From Myxococcota bacterium (lineage in GTDB: Bacteria > Myxococcota_A > Polyangia > Nannocystales > Nannocystaceae): 64,000 nucleotides of DNA. Both the position numbers and the translations under genes were made by a program. The DNA lies in NCBI GenBank assembly GCA_039028615.1, contig JBCCHT010000024.1, positions 64,001 through 128,000 on the forward strand. Reading direction: 5' to 3'. The notes beneath the pieces are model-generated. The model searched no databases and had not been told where the DNA came from. It saw only the letters and a list, made by a program, of their open reading frames with translations. This document shows, one piece after another, positions 46,985 to 57,129 of the stretch. Numbering within the stretch: the stretch's first letter is position 1; each line of letters starts with the position of its first letter.

Positions 46985-47422
46985 CTAGGGCGCGGCCACG
47001 AGCGGGCGGAACTCGGTGATGGCCGTGTCCAGGTCCTGGCTCGCCGCGTCTCCGAGGCCGAGTCCCGCGTCGTCCCGGAGGCGGACCACGGCGTCGAATA
47101 CGGTCTCGGCGAGGACCTCGGGCTCGACCGCGCCCAGCCAGCGACCGCCCAGTCCCACTTCGATGCGGCCTTTGCCCACGCGTCGCAGCTCCAGCTCCAG
47201 CGCCGAATCGGTGCAGACGACGGTCGCCGCCCGCTGCCTCGAGGTGAGCAGGGCGGCGACTTGGTCGAGCAGGCTCGTCGCCATCACGAAGACCATGAAG
47301 GCCTGGTCGGGGCTACGGCCCTCCGAGGTCACCCGGTTGCCATCGACATCGACTCGAAAGTGACCGAGGGCGAAGCCCGAGGGGACCTCGGTGGGCGATG
47401 TCGTGAACTCGAAGGCGAACAC
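46985..47422 (-). CDS. Hypothetical protein (145 aa)
   Basis: GTG start preceded by GGAAAGGA; coding-like composition. Confidence 0.55.
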   Translation of the reverse strand: MFAFEFTTSPTEVPSGFALGHFRVDVDGNRVTSEGRSPDQAFMVFVMATSLLDQVAALLTSRQRAATVVCTDSALELELRRVGKGRIEVGLGGRWLGAVEPEVLAETVFDAVVRLRDDAGLGLGDAASQDLDTAITEFRPLVAAP

Positions 47423-47474
47423 GGTGGTCCTTTCCGGGGAGCCCACGAAGTGTAGCCGCGTCGTGACGGCGCGG

Positions 47475-47948
47475 TCACTCCGGGACGTTCCCCGTGCTCT
47501 TTCGCTTGATGTAAAACGTCGGATCGGTACTGCCGCTGCTGCCGGTCGCAGTGATGGCCCACTTGAGCACGTCGCCGACTTCGGCCGGGGGGGTGCAGGC
47601 GAACTTGTCCGTCGACCAGCTGTCGGAGTCGATCGAGACCTTGTTCCCGCCGTTGATGGAGATCTGGATCGTACTGGGCGTGCCGTTGAAGAAGTACATG
47701 TACGTCGTCTCGTTGGCGGTGTGCTTGATCGTGGCGTTGTTCGGGTGCTTGTAGTCACTCGCCGGAGTCGCCGTCGTCGAATACAGGAAGAAGAAGTCGT
47801 CTCCGTCCGGATGAACGAGCACGTAGAGCGAGTTGGCGCCGAGGAAGACGCCGTTGCCCGGAAGACCAGCCGGGTCGTCCTTGCCCGCTGGGGTGACCTT
47901 CGTGGGGTCACCTGGACCCGCGGTTGGGTTGTAGCTCCTATTGGTCAT
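47475..47948 (-). CDS. Hypothetical beta-rich protein (157 aa) coupled to the kinase
   Basis: Strong ribosome-binding site (AAGGAAAGGG) before ATG 47948, overlapping the kinase 3' end. Confidence 0.65.
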   Translation of the reverse strand: MTNRSYNPTAGPGDPTKVTPAGKDDPAGLPGNGVFLGANSLYVLVHPDGDDFFFLYSTTATPASDYKHPNNATIKHTANETTYMYFFNGTPSTIQISINGGNKVSIDSDSWSTDKFACTPPAEVGDVLKWAITATGSSGSTDPTFYIKRKSTGNVPE

Positions 47949-50820
47949 CGTATTTCCCTTTCCTTGTGTTGGTCGAAGCATCGAGCCATTGGTCGATCGC
48001 CTCCACGCGATCGACGAGGTCCAAATCCGAGAAGCGTTTGCGAGCGGCGCGGGCGAGCTGCCGAGGGCGCGGGCCCGCGGTTTCGGCTTCCACCAACGCG
48101 CGGGCCAACCCGAACTCCACCTCGGCGACCTCGATGGGCTCACCACCCGAGCCCTCATGGACGGTGAGCGCCCGGGCCAGGTCGTCCACCGCCGCCGCGG
48201 CAGCGCCGGTTGTGAGCCGGGCGAGGCCACGGCCCTTGAGGGGCAGCGCCAGGCGAGGGTGGTCGGGCGTGAGCTCCAAGATCGCCAGCGCACGGTCGAA
48301 TGACTCGATCGCTTCGTTGTGTCGCTCGAGGGCGAGCAGGGTCTCACCGATATTGCTGTGCAGAACGCCGAGCTCTTCGTCCTGGGCATCGAGGATCGAG
48401 CGCTGCAGCGCCAGCGACTCGCGATACGAGGTCAATGCACCCGTGAAGTCCCCCTGGAAGTAGCGCAGCGTTCCCTGGGCATTGAGGGCTTGGCCGGTCA
48501 GCTCGTGGTGACCGAGCTGTTTCGAGAAGTTCGCGAGCACCTCGTCCACCTCGCCGGACGCACGTTCGAAATCCCCCTCCATCATGTGGAGCTTGGCCGA
48601 GGCAAAGAGCGCCCGCGCGGTGGAGGCGTCGTGGGGGCCGAAGGCGGTGGCGAAGACCGACCCGCGATCTTCGAGCCAGGGGCGGGCGCCTTCGATGTCG
48701 CCGCGCTCGAGGGCCAGCACTCCCATCGCCATCTCGATGGTCACTGCGGTCGGGGACCCGGCGCCGAAGCTCTCGACGGCCTCCTCGAGCCCTCGACGAT
48801 AGACGCGCTGGGCTTCGTCGAAGCGGCCGAGGTCGGCGAGCTCGTTGCCGATCTGGAGCTTCAGTGAGTCCGAGGGGAGCACGATGCCGAGCTGCTCGAC
48901 CCGCTGCTCGAGCTGCCGTAGACGCTGCAGCGCTCCCTCGTGATCCGCGGCCGAGCAGTCCGCGCGTGCCTGGAGCTCGAGCATCTGGAGGGCCCGCGGA
49001 TCGTCGGCCTCCGCCACTCTCCCCACGGCGGCGTTCGCATCCGCCAGGACCCATTGCTCGTGACGCGGCTGGGACCACTGGCCCACGAGCTCGTAGGCCA
49101 GGCGCGTACGAGTGGTCGCCACGCGCTCATCGAGCCCATGGGTTCCCGCCCTCCGTGCCACGTCGAGCAGGATCTCGGCCGCCTCGTCGTAGTCGTCGGT
49201 CTCCAGGCGAAGCTCGCCCTCGAGCGACTGGAAGTCGAGGGTGAGAGGGAGATGGTCGAGGGGCTCGATGTCGTCTCGCACGGCCTCGACCAGGCGTTCG
49301 GCCCGCTGCGTGCCGCGAGTCTCGAGCCACGCGCGGGCCCGATCGAGCTCGGCCTGTGCCTGCTCGATGCGAGCGACTCGGGCGGGATCGTCGGGCAGCG
49401 GGAAGCTCCCCGGGTCGGCACACGAGGTCAGGGCGGGCAGACTGGCGAGTAGGCGCTTGGTGCCGCCGACCACCTGCGCGTCGGCTTGCTGGAGCACGTC
49501 GACGATGGCGCCGACCTGTCGACGACGTCGATCGAAGCATGCGGTGCGCCGATCGAGCATGGCTTCGGATTGCACCTCGGTCACGCGGGTGGCTTCGCAG
49601 GCGCGGCGCTGCTCGTCGATGAAGTCTTCGGACCAACGATCGAGCACGCGGGCGACCTGGTCGTGGCTCGCGGCGGCGAACGGGAGTCCCGTGGCCTCGA
49701 ACGCGTCTTTCGTCGCGGCGCGGCGTTCGTCGTCCCAGACCCCGGCCATGACCTCGGAGTCGACCTCGCAGGGGGTCACGGGTGCCTCGAGGCTGGCACT
49801 GCGTAGCGCCAGCGCGCCGACGCCCATGAACGCGGCCGTGCCCACGCCGATGTTCCACCACCGACGTCGGCGTCTCAGGCCGCGCTCGATGATGGCGAGC
49901 AGAGCGTTCATGCCCGCATGTCGGTCTCCCGCGTTGAGCTGCAGACCGCGCTCGAGCGCTCGGCGGAGCCAGCGGGGAATGGCGGGGAAGCCCGAGGGCA
50001 GCGGTGGCGGGGGCGACAGCGTGCCCGACTGCATGGCGAAGAGCAGGGACGCCGCCGTCGAGCCCTGGTAGGGACGCTGCCCCACCAATGCCTCGTGGAA
50101 GGACACGCAGAAGGCGTACTGATCACTCTGGGCGGTCGCGGGCTGCCCGAGCAGCTGCTCGGGAGCCATATAGGCGATGGTCCCGAGGATCGTCCCCGTC
50201 TGGGTGAGGCTCTGCGAGAGCATCGAGCCGCTGGGGGCCGAGGATTCCTGGGTCTCGGCGGCCTCGAGCGGCGAGGTTTCGACGCGATGTCCTTTGACCA
50301 GGCCGAAGTCGAAGACGGTGGCCACCCCCTCGTCGTCGACGAAGCAGTTGGCGGGCTTGAAGTCCCGATGCACGAGCCCGGCGGCGTGAGCCGCAGCGAG
50401 CCCTCGCCCCGCGCCCAGGTAGACCTCCACCACCTCGCGCCAGGGCCGAGGCTCTTCCTGCCACTGCCGCAGCGATCGCCCGCGCAGCAGCTCCATGGCC
50501 ATATAGAGCTCGCCCTCGATCTCGCCCGCGTCGTAGATCTTCACGACGTTGGGGTGCTCGAGCTGGGCCAGCGCCTGGGCCTCGCGAAGCAGCCGAGCGG
50601 CGCCGCCGGGGCCGGGGTGGAGCAGCGCCTTGAGGGCCACGTCTCGGCCCAAGACTTCGTCGTGCGCGTGCATGACGGTGCCCATGGCGCCTTTGCCCAC
50701 GGTCCCACGAATCTCGTAGCGACCGATCTTCCGGGCGCTCAGCGGCTTGCCGAATAGTCGCCGAGCGACCTCGTCTCGCTGAAGCGAGGCCCGGAGCGGG
50801 CGGCCGTGTTCATCGTGCAT
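47938..50820 (-). CDS. Ser/Thr protein kinase with transmembrane segment and TPR repeats
   Basis: VGKGAMGTV, VALK, HRDFKPAN, DFGL, GTIAYMAPEQ, DQYAFC; TPR C-terminus. Confidence 0.92.
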   Translation of the reverse strand: MHDEHGRPLRASLQRDEVARRLFGKPLSARKIGRYEIRGTVGKGAMGTVMHAHDEVLGRDVALKALLHPGPGGAARLLREAQALAQLEHPNVVKIYDAGEIEGELYMAMELLRGRSLRQWQEEPRPWREVVEVYLGAGRGLAAAHAAGLVHRDFKPANCFVDDEGVATVFDFGLVKGHRVETSPLEAAETQESSAPSGSMLSQSLTQTGTILGTIAYMAPEQLLGQPATAQSDQYAFCVSFHEALVGQRPYQGSTAASLLFAMQSGTLSPPPPLPSGFPAIPRWLRRALERGLQLNAGDRHAGMNALLAIIERGLRRRRRWWNIGVGTAAFMGVGALALRSASLEAPVTPCEVDSEVMAGVWDDERRAATKDAFEATGLPFAAASHDQVARVLDRWSEDFIDEQRRACEATRVTEVQSEAMLDRRTACFDRRRRQVGAIVDVLQQADAQVVGGTKRLLASLPALTSCADPGSFPLPDDPARVARIEQAQAELDRARAWLETRGTQRAERLVEAVRDDIEPLDHLPLTLDFQSLEGELRLETDDYDEAAEILLDVARRAGTHGLDERVATTRTRLAYELVGQWSQPRHEQWVLADANAAVGRVAEADDPRALQMLELQARADCSAADHEGALQRLRQLEQRVEQLGIVLPSDSLKLQIGNELADLGRFDEAQRVYRRGLEEAVESFGAGSPTAVTIEMAMGVLALERGDIEGARPWLEDRGSVFATAFGPHDASTARALFASAKLHMMEGDFERASGEVDEVLANFSKQLGHHELTGQALNAQGTLRYFQGDFTGALTSYRESLALQRSILDAQDEELGVLHSNIGETLLALERHNEAIESFDRALAILELTPDHPRLALPLKGRGLARLTTGAAAAAVDDLARALTVHEGSGGEPIEVAEVEFGLARALVEAETAGPRPRQLARAARKRFSDLDLVDRVEAIDQWLDASTNTRKGKYDDQ

Positions 50821-50987
50821 TCGATCGAGATCACCGTCGGTCGCCGTGCCCAGCGGTAGCGTGCCGGCGTGGCGGCCCCATGACAGTCGCCGGGGGCGCG
50901 TCGATACGCCCCCGTCTTTGACGGTGTCGATCATCTCCCACCCGGCAGTGGGGATGCGACCCAGACTGTTTTGCCGGCCCGAAAATT

Positions 50988-51635
50988 TTATTCGAGCGAT
51001 GCGGGGTCGATGGGCTCCGCCTCGGCGTTTTTCATCGTGGCCCGAATCTGGCCTGCCCACCGTTCGAGCTCCGCAATCGTCGTTTCGCGGGTCTCGTCGC
51101 TCGCGGGAAGCTGAGCGATTGCGCGCTCGAGCTGCTGTCGGCCGCGAAGGAGGCGAGAGCGGATCGTGGCGGCGGGGAGCCCCAATGCCTGTCCGATCTC
51201 GCTCGAGCTCATGTCCTCCCAGTAGCGCATCTCGAGGGCTACCTGCAGATCGAGGGGGATGCGTCGCAGGCCCTCGAGCAACAGTCGCTCACGCTCCCCC
51301 GTGCCGACGAGGGTGCTGGGCCCGGGGGCGAGGTCGTGCACGGAAGCCGAGCCGAGCCCATCGAGTCGATCGTCGGCCCGCCGCCTCCGGTAGTGCTCCT
51401 TGAGCACATTGTAGGCGGTGCTGAACAGGTACGAGCGAAACCGACCGTCTTCCCGCAACCGATCGCGTCCGCGGACACACGCGGCGAAGGTCTCTTGGAT
51501 GAGGTCGTCCTGATCGTCGCCGACCTTGTTGGCGAAAAAGCGCGAGACCGGGTCGAAGTAGCGGACGAACAGCGCCTGGCCGGCGCGTCGATCTCCATCG
51601 CGCCATGCCGCCAGCAGCTGCACGTCGTCCCCCAT
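50988..51635 (-). CDS. ECF RNA polymerase sigma factor
   Basis: LLAAWRDGDRRAG...DDLIQETF...FRSYLFSTAYN; region 4 EIGQALGLPAATIRSRLLRGR. Confidence 0.9.
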   Translation of the reverse strand: MGDDVQLLAAWRDGDRRAGQALFVRYFDPVSRFFANKVGDDQDDLIQETFAACVRGRDRLREDGRFRSYLFSTAYNVLKEHYRRRRADDRLDGLGSASVHDLAPGPSTLVGTGERERLLLEGLRRIPLDLQVALEMRYWEDMSSSEIGQALGLPAATIRSRLLRGRQQLERAIAQLPASDETRETTIAELERWAGQIRATMKNAEAEPIDPASLE

Positions 51636-51676
51636 GAAGACGACGATAGCAGCCGCCGGCCTGCGGCGGATTTCGT

Positions 51677-53695
51677 TCAGCCCGCCGGATCGAGGAGCAT
51701 CAAGTTCAGCATGCCCTCTTCATTGTGGGTGCTGATGAACACGAGCCGGTCCCCGTAGGTCGCCAAGGTCAGGTGCTTGGGCTGGATGGGCAGCTGCGGG
51801 TCGAGCGTGGTCCAGCGATCGGTCGCGGGGTCGTAGGACTCGAGCGAGGGATCGGGGGCGAGCTTGCCATCGGGCCCCGTGGGAGCCGAGCCGCCGGTCA
51901 GGTACAGCTTGCCGTCGAGGGCCACCATCTTGCCCGACAGTCGCGGGTGCGAAGGGCAGCTGAACGACGACCACTTCTTGCTGGCGAAGTCGTAGTACTC
52001 GCAGGTGTCGACGAGCGCGAAGCCGTCCTTCATGCCGCCCACCACGTAGTAGCGGTCGTCGATGACTCGGCCGGCGAAGGCCCGACGCGGCTCTCGGAGC
52101 TTCAGGTCGGTGGCCTCGAAGCTCATCTTGGTCGCGTCCAGCGGTGCTCGCAGCAGCCCCATCTCGTGGCGGAACTGGTCCTTCTTTTCGCGTCGCGGGT
52201 CGTAGTCGAGGCCGCCGAAGAGCACGACCTCGTCCTTGCGCGGGGCGAGCCCGAACTGAGTGCGGCCTTGGCCCGGGAGCAGGCCGATTTCCGCCCATGC
52301 GTCTTTGACCGGGTCGTAGGCGAAGATCTCGGGGTGGGTCCGCGCGACCTCACCGTCGTGCCCGAAGCCGGCGACCGAGACGACCTGGCCCGTGGTCGTG
52401 ACGAAGGTCGACATCGACTGGCGCTTGTGCGGGTAGGGGGCGATGTCCTTGAAGGTGAGCGACGCGAGGTCGAGCGCCTGGCCGCGATCGGTGAAAAACT
52501 CCGGCCCGAAGTCGTGCTGGCCGAGGCTGAGGTTGCCGCCGAAGAAGTAGACCGCGTCTCCGTGTACCGCGACGCCCTGGCGGTTCTTGGACTTCAGGGG
52601 GAAGGGCAGGGCGAGCTGAATGCGGGATTGGTTCGGCGCTTCGATGGCGATGCGCTCGATGGGGCGGATGCGAGAGCCGCTGGCCATGCCGCGGATGCCA
52701 CCCAGCACCACCAGCTCACCCGCCTTGGTCGTCGCCATGCGGTGGAAGAAGCGGGGGTAGGCCAGGGTGGTGAGCGCGGTCCACTGCTCCTGGCCCGGGC
52801 GCCACTTCTGCACCACGCCGTCCATGCCGCTGACGATGATCGAGCCCCCGTGGGACACGGCCGCGGCTCCGAAGCCCGGGCCGGGCAGGGCCGGGCCCTT
52901 GGACCAGGTCTTGGTCGCGGGGTCGTAGACGTCGACCTCGGAGGAGGGACGTCGGTCGTCTCCGATACCGCCCACCACGACGAGCTTGCCGTCGGCTCCG
53001 CCCGCCGCCACGGCGCGTCGTTTGAAGGGAACCTCGATCGTCTCCCAGCCCTTCGACGGATCGGACAGGTCGAGTCGGAGCACGTTCTCCGACCAGCTGT
53101 GGCTCTCGCCGGCCAAGGTCCAGCCTCCGGCGACCCACAGCGCTCCGTCGATGACGGTCGCATCGTGCGAGGAGCGGGGCTGTGGCATCGGAGGCAAGGC
53201 GGCCCACGTGGAGGTGGCGATGTCGAAGACCTCGACGTTGTCGACCGAGTGCAGGTCGGCGTCTTGGCCCTCCGGGTTGCGGGCTTGCATGCCGCCGACG
53301 CGGATCAGCTTGCCTTCGTGAGCGACGAGGGTGACGCTCTGGGCTTTGTCGATGCCGCCCAGTCGAGACCACTTGCCGGTCTCGAGATCGAGGCGAAGGA
53401 GGTCGCCGGTTTGACCCGCCTCGGAGTACGCGTGGGGTCGACCGAAGTAGCCGCCCAAGACATAGAGGGAGCCGTCGTGCGTGGCAGCACCGAAGCTCGT
53501 GATGGCGGTCGGCAGCACGGCCGACGGACCCTTGATGTCGAGCTCGACCTCGGTCGCGGCGACCGGTTGGGAGGTGGACGCAGCCGCACTGGCGGGCTCC
53601 ACCGCGCCATCGCGAGGCGCGTTGTCATGGTGCGCGCAACTCGCAAGTACGCCCGCGATTCCCGTGAAGACCAGTCGATGGGTACGGTCGAACAT
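51677..53695 (-). CDS. Kelch-repeat lipoprotein (probably two propellers)
   Basis: VLASC lipobox; many LYVxGG...YDPxTxxW Kelch units. Confidence 0.85.
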   Translation of the reverse strand: MFDRTHRLVFTGIAGVLASCAHHDNAPRDGAVEPASAAASTSQPVAATEVELDIKGPSAVLPTAITSFGAATHDGSLYVLGGYFGRPHAYSEAGQTGDLLRLDLETGKWSRLGGIDKAQSVTLVAHEGKLIRVGGMQARNPEGQDADLHSVDNVEVFDIATSTWAALPPMPQPRSSHDATVIDGALWVAGGWTLAGESHSWSENVLRLDLSDPSKGWETIEVPFKRRAVAAGGADGKLVVVGGIGDDRRPSSEVDVYDPATKTWSKGPALPGPGFGAAAVSHGGSIIVSGMDGVVQKWRPGQEQWTALTTLAYPRFFHRMATTKAGELVVLGGIRGMASGSRIRPIERIAIEAPNQSRIQLALPFPLKSKNRQGVAVHGDAVYFFGGNLSLGQHDFGPEFFTDRGQALDLASLTFKDIAPYPHKRQSMSTFVTTTGQVVSVAGFGHDGEVARTHPEIFAYDPVKDAWAEIGLLPGQGRTQFGLAPRKDEVVLFGGLDYDPRREKKDQFRHEMGLLRAPLDATKMSFEATDLKLREPRRAFAGRVIDDRYYVVGGMKDGFALVDTCEYYDFASKKWSSFSCPSHPRLSGKMVALDGKLYLTGGSAPTGPDGKLAPDPSLESYDPATDRWTTLDPQLPIQPKHLTLATYGDRLVFISTHNEEGMLNLMLLDPAG

Positions 53696-53703
53696 CACAA
53701 TTC

Positions 53704-53718
53704 TGATAATCAGTTTCA
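53704..53718. promoter_or_regulatory. Fur-box-like site 1
   Basis: TGATAATCAGTTTCA resembles the 7-1-7 Fur consensus TGATAATnATTATCA; lies 8 bp from the Kelch gene start. Confidence 0.65.
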
Positions 53719-53771
53719 GGAAAAAAGTCGAGGAGCCCGTTCCATGCGGAAGAACACGGGGGTGAATGTCA

Positions 53772-53796
53772 TTGACAATGTTGATAATCAATTTCA
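53772..53796. promoter_or_regulatory. Fur-box-like site 2 adjacent to a TTGACA -35 element
   Basis: TTGACA at 53772-53777 followed by TGATAATCAATTTCA (53782-53796), directly upstream of the heme-uptake operon. Confidence 0.7.
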
Positions 53797-53797
53797 T

Positions 53798-54304
53798 ATG
53801 CAGGCCGTGGGACCCGAAACCGCACGCGCTCGATCGCTCTCAGCGCTGACCGCGATCGTATTGACGACGGGTCTACTCGCGACCGGTTGTGCCAAAGACC
53901 TCGCTCGGGCCTCGTCTGCGGCCATTGGGTGCCCTCCAGACTCGATCGAGGTCAGCGACGTCTCGGTCGGTTGGAGCCAGACGAGCTGGAAGGCTCGCTG
54001 CCGACAAACCGATTTCTACTGTGCCGGCGAGGTCACCGCCCAGTGCTCGCCCGACTTCGTCCCCGAGGATTCCACCAGGCAACCCGAGGGGTCGGCGGGG
54101 CCGCCGGTCGAGTCGGCAAGTCCGCCGCTTCGTGAGACCCCGCCAGATCAGTCGAGCGACGAACCTCCGCGTAAGGAAGTTGCTGCCGAAACGGTGACTC
54201 CCCCTACCTCCGCGGAACAGGAGCCGACCGCGCTCGAGCCCAGCGTCGAGCCGTCGCCAGCCCCCGCCCCTGCAACAGGACAATCCGATGAACCACAAGA
54301 TTGA
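53798..54304 (+). CDS. Small Cys-containing lipoprotein with a Pro/Glu-rich tail
   Basis: LLATGC lipobox, four further Cys; overlaps the next gene. Confidence 0.6.
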   Translation: MQAVGPETARARSLSALTAIVLTTGLLATGCAKDLARASSAAIGCPPDSIEVSDVSVGWSQTSWKARCRQTDFYCAGEVTAQCSPDFVPEDSTRQPEGSAGPPVESASPPLRETPPDQSSDEPPRKEVAAETVTPPTSAEQEPTALEPSVEPSPAPAPATGQSDEPQD

Positions 54305-55148
54305 GCTTCTATTGATCTGCGCGCTCGCGTTGCCGGCTTGCGGCGACGACTCCTCCACCCCGGGTGATGGTGATGACGACGGCGCGGCTGCGACCGACGA
54401 CACCGGGTCGGCATCGGAGCCCGCGACCTCGACCACCGCAGGCGAGGAGGGTGACGAGACCGCTGCCGCCACCGAGGAGGAGGACGGCGGAACCGACGAG
54501 GAGACGGGCGAGCCCGGAGGTGACTGTACCGATCAGATGATCCAGGACCTCGGTCTGGTCGAAGGCCAGACGAGCGCGGGGGTGGTCGGCAACACGGCCG
54601 ATGGCGATGGCTTCGCTTCGACGGTCGATGCGACCGCGGGTGGAATCACCATGGCTCCGCAGAACCCGTGGCTCTACCTTCGCTTCACCGCCGAGGGCCT
54701 CGAGAAGGTCGACGTCGACGATCTGCAGGCTCTCGAGTCCGCCGATTGGGACATCGCGGCCAAGCGCTTCGGCATTCGCCTCAACGGTGGAGTGAGCGGC
54801 CCGTCCACGGTGTCCGCCGCCGCGCTCGAAGGCACGGCCTACGAGGACGTGACCGAGCTTCCCGAGGGAACCGAGCTTCGGACCGAGTCGTTCTACGACG
54901 CCGAGTGCAACCTCATCGACGACGGCAGCGGCCAGGGGTCGCCGGGCTACGAGCTCACCCCGTGGTGGGGCTACAACGGCTGCGTCAACACGACGGGAAC
55001 CCCCTTCGTCCTCGAACTGGCCGACGGAAGCCACGTCAAGCTCGTGGTCGACGCCTATTACATGACGGGTCAGCAAGAATGTAACGAGACTGGCTCCATG
55101 GGGATGGGGTCGGCCAACTTCGCCTGGCGATGGGCATACCTGCAATAG
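54288..55148 (+). CDS. hmuY: HmuY-family heme-binding lipoprotein
   Basis: LPAC lipobox; VDATAGG...WLYL, WDIAAKRFGIRLNGGVSG, VKLVVDAYY. Confidence 0.8.
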   Translation: MNHKIELLLICALALPACGDDSSTPGDGDDDGAAATDDTGSASEPATSTTAGEEGDETAAATEEEDGGTDEETGEPGGDCTDQMIQDLGLVEGQTSAGVVGNTADGDGFASTVDATAGGITMAPQNPWLYLRFTAEGLEKVDVDDLQALESADWDIAAKRFGIRLNGGVSGPSTVSAAALEGTAYEDVTELPEGTELRTESFYDAECNLIDDGSGQGSPGYELTPWWGYNGCVNTTGTPFVLELADGSHVKLVVDAYYMTGQQECNETGSMGMGSANFAWRWAYLQ

Positions 55149-57118
55149 CGTGGTTTGCCAGTCTGGCCTCGGCACTGGTCCTCGCCCCGGCACCCTCCGA
55201 AGAAGGGACCGCGGGTGCGGGCGGTGACGAGGCCGATGCGTCCGACGTGGGCGCGGCCGAGGATGACGACCCCGAGGTCGAGGACCCCAGTACGCGCACG
55301 ATCGTCGTGACCGGTACCCGGACCGAGCGTCGCTTGTCGGACTCGCCGGTCGCGACTCAGGTCTACGACCGCCAGGAGATCGAGGACACGGGCGGCGAGA
55401 ACCTGGCCGAGGTGCTCGACAAGACGCCGGGGGTCCAGGTCTCTCGGGGCATCGGCGGCGTGGGCATTCGCCTCCAGGGGCTCGATCCCAACTACACGGT
55501 CATCCTGGTCGACGGACAGCGGACGACCGGGCGCATCAACGGGGTGCTCGACCTGTCGCGCTTTCCCGCCGAGCAGATCGAGCAGATCGAGATCGTGCGG
55601 GGCCCGTCTTCGATCCTCTATGGCGCCGACGCGCTCGCGGGTGCCATCAACCTGATCTCGCGTCGTCCCCGTCGCCTCCACGAAGAAGAGGCCCACTTCG
55701 CGTACGGTTCCTTCGGCACCATCGATGCCACCACGCGAGCCGGGCTTTCGCTTCGGCGCTATCGAGGCTCGGTGGGGGCCGGCTTTCACCGTACCGACGG
55801 TTGGGACGCGGATCCATCCGACCTCACCACGACCGGGCCGGAGTCGACACAGTACAACTTCTTTACGACGCACAATTACGACGCCAAGGGACCATGGTCG
55901 TTGGCGGGTAGCGGTAGCTACCTGCGTCGTGATGGGCGCCTGATCGACGCGCAAGCGACCGGGGCCGTCTTCGATCGGTACAACCGAACCGAGGCGGTGC
56001 AGGCCTCGTTCACTCCTCGAATCGAGGGGCGTAGGTCACGGCTCACCCTCAACACCAGCTACAGCCTCTTCCGCGACCAGTTCCTGCAGGACCAGCGGGG
56101 CTCGACCGAGCTCGACCAGTCGCAGGAGACCTACGATCACCTGGGGCAGGTGACGCTCCAGTACGACCAAGAGATTCGTCGGCACGTGGTGAGCACCGGG
56201 TTCGACACGCAGCTCGAGCAGCTCCGAACCCAGCGAATCGACCCTCCCGACGTCGATCGGCAGCGCTACGCCATCTTCGCTCAGGACGAGTGGACTCCGA
56301 CGCTGGCGCCGAAGATCGTGGTCCTGTCGGGAATTCGGCTGGACTACGACACCTACTTCGGCCTGTATCCCACGCCGCGGATCTCCACCATGGTGGTGCC
56401 GAACGAGCGCTGGACGCTGCGGGCGAGCTACGGCCGCGGCTACCGGGCGCCCTCGTTCCGGGAGATGTTCCTGCTCTTTTCCAACCCCAGCGTGGGGTAC
56501 ATGGTGCAGGGCAACCCGGGGCTTCGCGCGGAGACCTCCTGGAGCACCTCGATCTCCGCCGAGTACCGCCCCTGGAGCTGGGCGTGGATGTCGGTCAACG
56601 TGTTCGACAACCGCCTGCAGGACACGATCGTCACCGACACCATCGACACCGGGGACGAGGGCGGGCTGACCTTGTTCCAGTACGTCAACATCGGCGAGGC
56701 GACGACCCGAGGGGTCGAGGCCCAGGCCAACGTGACCATCCTGAAGCGCCTGAGCCTGGACGGCTCGTACACGTTCTTGCACTCGTACGACCACGCTTCG
56801 GGCAACCCGCTGCCGGGGCGAGCGGGCCACTCCGGCACCGCCGGGCTGCGCTACTACCGACCGGCGTCGGGGACGACCATGCGCGTGCGGAGTTCGATCT
56901 TCGGAGAGCGCACCTTCACCGGGGGCGTCGACGACGACGGCGAAACGGAACTCACGACGAGCCCCGCCTTCGTGACCATGGACCTGCGAGTCGGTCAGCA
57001 GGTGTGGCAGTACGTCCAGCTCTTCGCCGGGGTCGAGAACATCCTGAACGCCGGCAACGCGACCGACAACCCCATTCAACCCCGAACCTACTATGGCGGC
57101 TTGACCATCCGTCATTGA
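55130..57118 (+). CDS. TonB-dependent outer-membrane receptor (heme/iron)
   Basis: TonB-box-like IVVTGTRTE, plug IEQIEIVRGPSSILYGADALAGAINLIS, YRAPSFREM, GNPGLRAE, GVENIL, C-terminal PRTYYGGL. Confidence 0.93.
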   Translation: MGIPAIAWFASLASALVLAPAPSEEGTAGAGGDEADASDVGAAEDDDPEVEDPSTRTIVVTGTRTERRLSDSPVATQVYDRQEIEDTGGENLAEVLDKTPGVQVSRGIGGVGIRLQGLDPNYTVILVDGQRTTGRINGVLDLSRFPAEQIEQIEIVRGPSSILYGADALAGAINLISRRPRRLHEEEAHFAYGSFGTIDATTRAGLSLRRYRGSVGAGFHRTDGWDADPSDLTTTGPESTQYNFFTTHNYDAKGPWSLAGSGSYLRRDGRLIDAQATGAVFDRYNRTEAVQASFTPRIEGRRSRLTLNTSYSLFRDQFLQDQRGSTELDQSQETYDHLGQVTLQYDQEIRRHVVSTGFDTQLEQLRTQRIDPPDVDRQRYAIFAQDEWTPTLAPKIVVLSGIRLDYDTYFGLYPTPRISTMVVPNERWTLRASYGRGYRAPSFREMFLLFSNPSVGYMVQGNPGLRAETSWSTSISAEYRPWSWAWMSVNVFDNRLQDTIVTDTIDTGDEGGLTLFQYVNIGEATTRGVEAQANVTILKRLSLDGSYTFLHSYDHASGNPLPGRAGHSGTAGLRYYRPASGTTMRVRSSIFGERTFTGGVDDDGETELTTSPAFVTMDLRVGQQVWQYVQLFAGVENILNAGNATDNPIQPRTYYGGLTIRH

Positions 57119-57129
57119 GGACCAGCGTC

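Noticed and set aside
51725..53797. Upstream part of the 859-aa plus-strand ORF
   Set aside because: Antisense to the Kelch gene and runs through the Fur-like boxes; only the part from ATG 53798 looks like a real lipoprotein.
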